Source: Methanococcus maripaludis (GTDB lineage: Archaea > AGJL01 > Methanococci > Methanococcales > Methanococcaceae). Taken from it: a stretch of DNA of 32,000 bases. The stretch is from assembly GCF_002945325.1 (NCBI RefSeq), contig NZ_CP026606.1:450001-482000 (forward strand), read 5' to 3'. Under the pieces are notes generated by a model. That model saw nothing but the letters and a program-made list of their open reading frames with translations, ran no database searches and was not told where the DNA came from. Below are positions 25,014-32,000 of this stretch, piece by piece (position 1 is the first letter of the stretch; every line of letters starts with the position of its first letter). Made by a program: the position numbers and the translations under genes.

Positions 25014-25499
25014 ATCGAAATAAACAAGAGTTCTAGACATTCTAAAATAACGGGTGATTTTTCAGAATATATTGTATTGTACTGGCTTTCAAAATCGGGT
25101 TTTGAATGTGCGAGGGTTGATCATACAGGTATAGATTTAATCGCAAAAAACAAAGAAACAGATGAATTAATGGGAATTTCTGTTAAAGGTAGGTCCAGGT
25201 CAGAAAATACTGAAAATACTTCGTTAAACATCAAGAATAGTGATTTTGACAAGGTTGATTTGGCATGCGAGGCATTTGGATGCATTCCTTACTTTGCACT
25301 AGTGTTCGATTTAAAAAATACTATGTACCTGTTCATCATTTCAAAAGAAAAGCTGTTGAAAATACATCCCCCTAATAAGGCCGCATGCTCATGGAAGATG
25401 ACTGACAAAAAAATTGGAGAATATCTCAAAGATGAGGAAATCAAAACTATAAAATTTAATTACGAGAATTTATCTTGGTGGGATGAATCTAAAAATTAA
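25014..25499 (+). CDS. PD-(D/E)XK nuclease-like protein (Holliday-junction-resolvase/restriction-like)
   Basis: ITGDFSEYIVLYWLSKSGFECARVDHTGIDLIAKNKETDELMGISVKGRSR: E, GIDLI and SVKGR spaced as in PD-(D/E)XK folds. Track ORF begins at TTG 25077, but homology-like sequence extends upstream without canonical start. Confidence 0.65.
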   Translation: MEINKSSRHSKITGDFSEYIVLYWLSKSGFECARVDHTGIDLIAKNKETDELMGISVKGRSRSENTENTSLNIKNSDFDKVDLACEAFGCIPYFALVFDLKNTMYLFIISKEKLLKIHPPNKAACSWKMTDKKIGEYLKDEEIKTIKFNYENLSWWDESKN

Positions 25500-25731
25500 G
25501 GATGTAATTTATAATATTTTTTTAACTATTTTTCTTTGATTTTAAAGCTAAAAAACGAATTTAAAACGTTATTTCAATAAATTATAAATAATATAAGCTC
25601 TTTTATTTAATCAGGTAGAGTAAATTTTTTTAATTCTTATTTTGAGATTTATCAATCGTTGAAAAATAAGATAAGCCCCGTGATAACTCTATCGACTTTT
25701 TTAAATATCCTCATTTCCCCCTCTTTTTAAG

Positions 25732-26067
25732 GTGATTATTTTGATTAAAATCTGTCCGTATTGTTTAAAGCCTGTTGAACATTTTGAAAGGGATTATCAC
25801 AAATCCGAAGTCAAAGCTGTCAATGTTCATACGAGTAACAAGAATTGCAGTGTTTTACAGACTGGTTTTGTTAAAAATCAGGCGAAATGTTCAAACATTC
25901 AGAGTTTGAAAATAAATGCAGGAAAAATTGCTAAAGATTTGAATTTATCTGAAATTCAAAAGAAAGACTTTTTTAATTCGATTATCAAGTTAAAACGACA
26001 TAAAAACCACCTGAAAGATTATGTTATTTTGCAAAGTGCATTAAACACCGTTTTGGTGGGTGGTTAA
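25732..26067 (+). CDS. Small protein with N-terminal CPYC zinc-binding-like motif (111 aa)
   Basis: ICPYCLKPVEHFERDYHK; first gene of the structural-like block. Confidence 0.6.
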   Translation: MIILIKICPYCLKPVEHFERDYHKSEVKAVNVHTSNKNCSVLQTGFVKNQAKCSNIQSLKINAGKIAKDLNLSEIQKKDFFNSIIKLKRHKNHLKDYVILQSALNTVLVGG

Positions 26068-28021
26068 TTTGATAAAACGTTATTTTCTTTTTTTGTTGGT
26101 TTTAATGTGTGCAGTTGGTACAGTTAATGCCGTAAACCCTACTGTTCCAGATATGTGTACCGCCACAGAATTTTATGTCATTCTTTCAGATGACACAATG
26201 TCACAAGATTTAGTTATTTCGACATTATCTGCTTATGATTTTAGCGTGTCCGCACCAGTAATATCTGGCATTGACAGTCAAACTATTTATTTTGAGTCAG
26301 AAAATGACCTTGGGCGGTTTTGTTCAATAATAAGTACAACAAATAAAGTATTACCTTTTGCAGGGGCTTTTGATGTTTATAAAAATGGGGAAAGAACTCC
26401 CATGACCGTGATATTACTTGACGGTCAAGCATATACTCCGTATGGTGACTCATTTTATCAGTATGTCGATCTGAATATGACAGGTTCCCAAATAGGCTAT
26501 GTTTATGCATGGATTTCTAACACATACAGCCAAAATTATTTAACCTTGCTCCTTAACGATGCGACGGTAGTTTCATGTTCGGGGGACGCTTCAAAAACTC
26601 AATATCTATCCAGTACATTTTTTCAAAATAATGTACTCGCTATTCATTGGAAAAACTTAAATGGTTATGATAAATTAACTGCTTCTATCGTATTATTTGA
26701 TTATGTGGATTCTGCCACGTATTCGCCAGATGATAGGTGCGATTTTACAGTATCCGAGATATACACGCCACCAGAACGGGCAACCATTGATATATACACA
26801 GAACCCGCAGTCGATATATACAATAATCAAAATAACGAATTTTTGGGAACAACAGATAACGGCGGGTATTTGGCTTTGTCTTTGTTTCTTGGCGAAACTA
26901 CATTAAAATTCGTTAAAGATGGATACTGGGACACTTTAAAAACATTTACGGTAGCTACAGAAAACAATAGTGAAATATATGTTTCAATGACCCCAAGAAA
27001 TGCCATTTTCCAAGTTTCAAAAGAATTTTCTGGAAATATCTATCCAAATTCAGTCGCTTCTCTTTCAATGGATGTAATCCCGGTTAAAACAGCATATGCT
27101 ACAAAATTGAGAGTTTCAGGAGTAGAAGTAAACAAAGTTTATTATCAAACACAAGAACTCCCAAAAACAGCTGATGGATCTTACATTATTGGCGATATGT
27201 CAAGCCCCCAAAATATTGTAATTGATTTTAAAACTACGTCGTCCTGGGGTGAAAGGGCGTTTACTGTCGAATTATCTGCAACAGATATCGAAGGAACAGC
27301 CTATACAAACTTAGAAACGATTAATTATAATGTGTTAGAACTTCCGTTTTTATTTGAAACACCTGATCAATGGGCCATTGGTTCGAATGACGTAACTTTA
27401 ACAGATATGTCTGGTGAATCATATTCTGTTCTTATGGTTTTGTATGATGAATCAGGAACTGAAAAGTGGAGTTCAAGCACAAATCTTTTAGAATACTGCG
27501 ATTACACGTTTGAAGTTCCAATTGAAGACGCAGGAGAATACACTCTTGAATTGAACGCAAAATCTGGAACTGTTAAATCATACTATTCGATTGAAATAAT
27601 CGAGCCTGTATCATTAATTAGTGATTTTTTAACTGCATCTCCCGGAAATGTTGCTACAGTGCAGTTTAAAATTTCAAACCCGACTGAAAGCGTAAAATAC
27701 TATACTGCTGAATTATCGTGTCCATTTTACAATGAAACAGTTGATAAAACGTTTTCAATCGCCCCTGGAACAGTTGAAAAAACAGTTGACATTTCGTTTG
27801 AAGTTCCTGAAGGTCTTGAAATGGAATACTACCAGTTAACACTTGAAGTATTCAATGAAGGAGATACAGAGCCGATATATTCTGGAAATATTGTTTTAAC
27901 AATTTCGACTAGTTCACTTTTCCTGGCTTCAGTTCCTGGGGGTAACACTACACTAATTCTTTTAGCTGCTGCAGTTCTTTTAATTGCGGGAACATTTGCA
28001 GCATTGAGGCTGAAAAAATGA
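26060..28021 (+). CDS. Secreted, membrane-anchored surface protein (653 aa), beta-rich
   Basis: Signal peptide KRYFLFLLVLMCAVGTVNA; C-terminal TM TTLILLAAAVLLIAGTFAALRLKK. Confidence 0.8.
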   Translation: MVNLIKRYFLFLLVLMCAVGTVNAVNPTVPDMCTATEFYVILSDDTMSQDLVISTLSAYDFSVSAPVISGIDSQTIYFESENDLGRFCSIISTTNKVLPFAGAFDVYKNGERTPMTVILLDGQAYTPYGDSFYQYVDLNMTGSQIGYVYAWISNTYSQNYLTLLLNDATVVSCSGDASKTQYLSSTFFQNNVLAIHWKNLNGYDKLTASIVLFDYVDSATYSPDDRCDFTVSEIYTPPERATIDIYTEPAVDIYNNQNNEFLGTTDNGGYLALSLFLGETTLKFVKDGYWDTLKTFTVATENNSEIYVSMTPRNAIFQVSKEFSGNIYPNSVASLSMDVIPVKTAYATKLRVSGVEVNKVYYQTQELPKTADGSYIIGDMSSPQNIVIDFKTTSSWGERAFTVELSATDIEGTAYTNLETINYNVLELPFLFETPDQWAIGSNDVTLTDMSGESYSVLMVLYDESGTEKWSSSTNLLEYCDYTFEVPIEDAGEYTLELNAKSGTVKSYYSIEIIEPVSLISDFLTASPGNVATVQFKISNPTESVKYYTAELSCPFYNETVDKTFSIAPGTVEKTVDISFEVPEGLEMEYYQLTLEVFNEGDTEPIYSGNIVLTISTSSLFLASVPGGNTTLILLAAAVLLIAGTFAALRLKK

Positions 28022-30048
28022 TGAATTCAAAACTATTTTCTATTTTCTGCATTTTTTTAATTGCTTCTCTACCCTCTGCGAATGCTATTTCGGTATTGGG
28101 ACATGAATTAAATGCAGGATGGGATGATGTAGCAGCCCTTGGTGTTGGGGGAGTTGCACTTGGTGCAGTTGCAGTAACTGCCGGAGCTCCCGTACTTGTT
28201 GTTGCAGGAATTGGAATTGGTGGAGCGATTGCAGTCGATTATGCGTATAGGTGGGCTACAGGAAAAGACGTAGAAGAATCTGCAGCAGTTACGGGAGCTG
28301 TAAAGACGAACGTGACTGATGAAGAATATGTAAATGGTTCTTACGTCTACGAAGAACTTGCAGGATACCGACAATACTCAGAAGAATCTGCAGCAAAGGA
28401 TATTGCAGAAATCAAAGATAAATTAGAGTCCGGAATTGGAACATACTCGTTTAAAACTTCAGGGACTTTATCAGACGTTTCAGTTTCGATGAAAGGACCT
28501 GACAAAATATATGGGTTTTCAGCGTTTCCAGTTCAGTTGAAGTTTGATGAAGCATTAACTGGCTCAAAAAGTTCCTATGTAAAAATTGAAAGTGTAAAAA
28601 TATACCTTGTAGATTCTGATGGCGTTAAATGGAATGAAAGGACATATTCAGATGATATAAAACTTCAAGAAGAATCAAATGATTATCCCGATTCAATTGA
28701 AGAATATATTTTAAATTTCACAATGAAAGCGCCTGATCCATACATTGGAAAGGCAAAATCGCAAGTAACAAATGCCCCAGATAGAGAAATTCTTCAGGAG
28801 CTCTTAGGAGCAGAAGTTAAAGAGTTTGAACTTGTTGTTGAAATTAATGGATATGCAAAACTGTACAAAGAAGAATCAGGATACAAACTGGATCCGATAA
28901 CGGGTCTAGAAGTATGGAAAACCTGGGAAGAATATGATAAAACAATTACAATAGATACAAAACTTACAACCCTTGAAGCATGGGATAGAATACACAACGG
29001 TGTTTATTATGTTGATGGAGCTGATGGATCCCTCCCAACTAAATTCGTAAACGAAGTAACCCCAATAGCCTATTCTTCTTATGCAAATGGAGCAACTTCA
29101 AACATTATTGGTCGAGTTTGGGCAAGTCCTGTACACTGCTACAATTCATCAGCACAGTACAAATTTATCCTTGTTGGACAACCTGAGAATTTAAAGCCGG
29201 TTCCAGTAACTATTGAAGATGATTATAGGGCCTTAGTCCTAAAATTAAGAGATGATGGGGTTGCAACAATTGCTTCAGAAACTCCTGGAAACTTCCAGAA
29301 TATGGCAGTCCATAATGGGGTTACAACTTCGCTTAATTATCTAAAAGACGATTCTACAGAAGCTTTTGAAACCTATTTTATTGTAATTGCGGATGTTGAC
29401 GATGATATTGACTCAGCACTTCCAGTATGGTGCATTATCCAGCCAAGAATCTCTGTAATTGACAACGTGAAATACTCATTATCTGAAGAATTCAAAGAAG
29501 AAATTCTTGAGTTACTTTCGGATGGCTCAATTTCTGATTCAGATACTGAAAGAATTACAGAAATCATTGAAATTTCTGAAAACAGTTTAAAAGAAAAACA
29601 GTACGTTGCAGAAATTGAATCTGGAAAATACGAAGATAACGAAAAAGCAAGTAATGCAATTTCAAACGCTTTAGAAGATTATGAAAAAGCCTTTGAATAC
29701 TATGAAAAGGCGAAAAATACTGATGATCCTGAAGAGGTAAAAGTTTACACTTATCTTGCAGGGGATATCTATGAACCAGCAGGGGATTACTGGAGTGAAG
29801 CTGCAGAAAAATACAATTTAGGACTTGATGATCAGGGAAATGCACTTGCAAGTAATGCTGAAAAACTTGAAAGTTTGGCATCTGAATACGAACCCAGTTT
29901 ATGGTTTACTGCAGGATCCACCATTTCTGAATGGTGGGATCAGTTTAAGTCTGGTTTTGGTATCGGTGACGTTCCAAACACTGTTTTAATTATTGTTGTA
30001 GTCATAGTCCTCGTCTGTGGTGCAGCAATTGTCATTAAAGTATTATAA
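28018..30048 (+). CDS. Secreted, membrane-anchored protein (676 aa)
   Basis: Signal peptide SIFCIFLIASLPSANA, internal hydrophobic segment, C-terminal TM TVLIIVVVIVLVCGAAIVIKVL; ATGA overlap with previous gene. Confidence 0.8.
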   Translation: MMNSKLFSIFCIFLIASLPSANAISVLGHELNAGWDDVAALGVGGVALGAVAVTAGAPVLVVAGIGIGGAIAVDYAYRWATGKDVEESAAVTGAVKTNVTDEEYVNGSYVYEELAGYRQYSEESAAKDIAEIKDKLESGIGTYSFKTSGTLSDVSVSMKGPDKIYGFSAFPVQLKFDEALTGSKSSYVKIESVKIYLVDSDGVKWNERTYSDDIKLQEESNDYPDSIEEYILNFTMKAPDPYIGKAKSQVTNAPDREILQELLGAEVKEFELVVEINGYAKLYKEESGYKLDPITGLEVWKTWEEYDKTITIDTKLTTLEAWDRIHNGVYYVDGADGSLPTKFVNEVTPIAYSSYANGATSNIIGRVWASPVHCYNSSAQYKFILVGQPENLKPVPVTIEDDYRALVLKLRDDGVATIASETPGNFQNMAVHNGVTTSLNYLKDDSTEAFETYFIVIADVDDDIDSALPVWCIIQPRISVIDNVKYSLSEEFKEEILELLSDGSISDSDTERITEIIEISENSLKEKQYVAEIESGKYEDNEKASNAISNALEDYEKAFEYYEKAKNTDDPEEVKVYTYLAGDIYEPAGDYWSEAAEKYNLGLDDQGNALASNAEKLESLASEYEPSLWFTAGSTISEWWDQFKSGFGIGDVPNTVLIIVVVIVLVCGAAIVIKVL

Positions 30049-30077
30049 TTCTTTAAAACTTTTTTTAGGTGATTTTT

Positions 30078-30593
30078 TTGGCTTCAAACCCAAATAGCTC
30101 AAGCCCTAAATCATTGCCCCATTGGCTAATCTTTTCTTTGAAAATGGTCGGGTGTGGTGTTGGTTTTGCAGGCCTGATGTGGTATATAATGAATAATTCT
30201 GTTATGGGTTCTGATGTTGTTCGGGGCCTTGCAGCAGTTCCATTTGTATTTTACTTAATGGCTGAACTCTTAGATACAATAGTGGACATGAATAAAGTTG
30301 TATACACTCCCCTTTTTAAAAACTATTCTGGACATGTAGCTATTGGATTAACCATTATAACGATAGTTTGCATGTTCTTTGTAACACTTTGGGCCTTGTC
30401 TGGTTCAATTACTCTTTCAATTGGTTCAGCAGGTGCTTCAAGCGTGGTAGTTGCAGCAATCTTTGCATTGTACCTACTTGCCCCAAACACTGGAAAAGAA
30501 AAACTTCTTTTATACATGTTTGTTGGTGCAACAATTGCAACAAAGTTCGCGTACTTGTCAATAATACCAAGTTTCTCAGGCTTTGGGCTTTAG
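30078..30593 (+). CDS. Multi-TM membrane protein (start probably TTG 30078)
   Basis: Four hydrophobic segments; ggtgat upstream of TTG. Confidence 0.7.
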   Translation: MASNPNSSSPKSLPHWLIFSLKMVGCGVGFAGLMWYIMNNSVMGSDVVRGLAAVPFVFYLMAELLDTIVDMNKVVYTPLFKNYSGHVAIGLTIITIVCMFFVTLWALSGSITLSIGSAGASSVVVAAIFALYLLAPNTGKEKLLLYMFVGATIATKFAYLSIIPSFSGFGL

Positions 30594-30618
30594 GTGGTTT
30601 AAAATGTAGGTGTAAATT

Positions 30619-30936
30619 ATGATTAATCAATTAATTGTAGTTATCTTATCTTTTATCCTGTCAATGGTTTTAAAACCACAAGTGGAAGTTATTGGTCAGG
30701 GTTTTGGATTATCGGGACTTCTTTCTTGGATTGTTCCAACACTAATTGTTTTATTATGCGTTTGGAAAATAGGTTCTGATAAATGGAATTTAGGCGATTT
30801 AATCGCTTCTTTTGTTTTAATTGTACTTATTTTAATGTATTTTTACCAAGATGTTTCCCAGATTTTCCTTGAATGTTCAAGGATCATGCTTGGGGCATGT
30901 GTCGGTGCAATAGTCGCTTATTCCGCTAAAAAATAG
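30619..30936 (+). CDS. Small membrane protein (105 aa, 3-4 TM)
   Basis: Hydrophobic segments in ORF. Confidence 0.7.
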   Translation: MINQLIVVILSFILSMVLKPQVEVIGQGFGLSGLLSWIVPTLIVLLCVWKIGSDKWNLGDLIASFVLIVLILMYFYQDVSQIFLECSRIMLGACVGAIVAYSAKK

Positions 30937-30951
30937 TGGTGGTGAGTTTAT

Positions 30952-31188
30952 GTGAACTTTGAATCAATAATTCCAATAATTCAAGCTTATTGGATTCAGA
31001 TTGTTATAATAATGCTTGTAACTCTTTTAATTAAAAATATTAAGGCAATAATTCTTGCCACCGCAGTTGTTTTTTCAATAAGTTATTTTGGATTTCTGGA
31101 TTTTTCAAACGTTGATTTTTCGGAAATCATTGAACAGGTTAATTATTTAATTGGAGGTATTGAATGGCAGAAATTATTGGTAAGGTAA
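30952..31188 (+). CDS. Small membrane protein (78 aa)
   Basis: GTG start preceded by GGTGAG; two hydrophobic segments. Confidence 0.65.
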   Translation: MNFESIIPIIQAYWIQIVIIMLVTLLIKNIKAIILATAVVFSISYFGFLDFSNVDFSEIIEQVNYLIGGIEWQKLLVR

Positions 31189-31292
31189 AACGAAAAAAAG
31201 GATCTTTCGTCTACGTTGACGGAAAAGGAAACGTGATTCAAAAGAATCGAAGTGAAATGAAGAAAAAGGCAGGTAAAAAATCTAAAAGGTGA
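31164..31292 (+). CDS. Very basic 42-aa protein MAEIIGKVKRKKGSFVYVDGKGNVIQKNRSEMKKKAGKKSKR
   Basis: ATG with GGAGG upstream, overlaps end of previous ORF; not in track. Confidence 0.65.
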   Translation: MAEIIGKVKRKKGSFVYVDGKGNVIQKNRSEMKKKAGKKSKR

Positions 31293-31297
31293 AACTA

Positions 31298-32000
31298 ATG
31301 GCTAAAAATAATATATGGATTGGCCTTGCGATTGCAGTGATCCTCGTTGCTGCAGGAACGTGGTATTACTTAAGTCAGGATGATGCAGGGGGAATTATTG
31401 TACCTACCGGAACAACATTCTCATCAGATGCAGTATTTAACAGTGAAACGGGGGACGTTTTAATTACATTCAATGCTTCAAAAGAAAATATAACCGCAGA
31501 TTCAATTGAACTATATGTTTCATATGATGAAGTAACATTTACAAAAACAAATACCTTCGAAGACGTGGCATTCCCTATTGATGTTGAAGTAACGCCTGAA
31601 GAAGGAGAAGAAAACCTTTACTATTACGCTGTAGTTTCGTACAGTGACAAAACTTACAGATTGCCTACAGATGCAGGATCTTATGAAACTGTTGAAATAA
31701 TTGTTTCAAACACTACTGAAGAAAATACAGATCTTTTGACGTTCACTGCAGTATCTGACTTTGATAACACCACAGGAATTGTTTTATTCTCGCTTTCCGC
31801 TTCAGAAGACAATAAAACTGCTGATGTTTTATTATTCACTTCATACGATAACACAACATTCACAAATACTGTAAATTCAACCGCATTGGATCTTCCAGGA
31901 ACTTTTGAATTTACTGCAGATGCTGCTGAAACAGATCTTTATTACTACTTAGAAATTGTCTGTGATGGAAACACATCAAGACTCCCTGCTGAAAGTGCTG
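31298..32000 (+). CDS. Secreted/membrane-anchored protein with tandem beta-sandwich-like repeats, continues past window
   Basis: MAKNNIWIGLAIAVILVAAGTWYYLS TM anchor followed by repeated LTFTAVSDFDNTTGIVLFSLSAS / ITFNASKENITADSIELYVSYD units; open to the window end. Confidence 0.7.
   Translation, partial: MAKNNIWIGLAIAVILVAAGTWYYLSQDDAGGIIVPTGTTFSSDAVFNSETGDVLITFNASKENITADSIELYVSYDEVTFTKTNTFEDVAFPIDVEVTPEEGEENLYYYAVVSYSDKTYRLPTDAGSYETVEIIVSNTTEENTDLLTFTAVSDFDNTTGIVLFSLSASEDNKTADVLLFTSYDNTTFTNTVNSTALDLPGTFEFTADAAETDLYYYLEIVCDGNTSRLPAESA

Larger units (their letters stand above)
2640..32000. mobile_element. Integrated element; left end at the tRNA-Ser fragment, right end beyond the window
   Basis: tRNA 3' fragment at the boundary, tyrosine integrase, primase-helicase, secreted/membrane protein module and accessory cargo. 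Fragment orientation predicts the intact minus-strand tRNA at the distal (right) end. Confidence 0.65.

Noticed and set aside
26283-26906. ORFs 26283-26510 (-) and 26697-26906 (+) within the 653-aa gene
   Set aside because: Out-of-frame or antisense to a strongly supported secreted protein CDS.
28108-30517. Minus-strand ORFs 28108-28374, 28794-28997, 29373-29567, 29564-29881, 30323-30517 and 30409-30630
   Set aside because: They lie antisense to long plus-strand ORFs with good signal peptides and TM segments; their translations are low-complexity Ser/Leu-rich, typical shadow ORFs.

Overview
AT-rich archaeal DNA, most consistent with a Methanococcus-type methanogen (inferred from codon/AT bias, GGTGA-type Shine-Dalgarno sites and protein style; not verified by search). 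Positions 1 to about 2585 look chromosomal or older accessory DNA. At 2587-2640 (minus strand) there is the 3' part of a tRNA-Ser(GCT)-like gene, starting near the anticodon loop, which looks like an att scar. From there to at least the window end I read an integrated mobile element. It carries a tyrosine recombinase (10903-11880 -), a large archaeal PrimPol/D5-type primase-helicase (7860-10892 -), an array of very small minus-strand ORFs (11877-14392), and a block of secreted/transmembrane proteins (26060 to the end) that recalls the integrated pT26-2-related elements described from Thermococcales and Methanococcales (assignment is an inference). Cargo includes a RelE-like toxin-antitoxin pair, a wHTH + nucleoside-deoxyribosyltransferase/TIR-like protein, a TIR-domain protein with a lysine-rich tail, a secreted papain-like protease with an S-layer-like C-terminus, a PIN-like multigene operon and a PD-(D/E)XK-like nuclease. 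The most interesting non-obvious observations are: (i) cargo genes flanked by direct repeats that are copies of the 3' end of a neighbouring small gene, seen independently at 14921-17809 (three copies around two TIR/NDT-like genes) and at 3034-4050 (two copies around the TA module); (ii) two almost identical 137-aa proteins (two residue differences) paired with different wHTH regulators and different operator sequences; (iii) a seven-copy GGTNACC-type palindromic array (7485-7625) that is a candidate origin or operator cluster; (iv) an unassigned operon 22164-24824 with an in-frame TAG in its first gene and a PIN-like last gene. All alignments and counts were done by eye.
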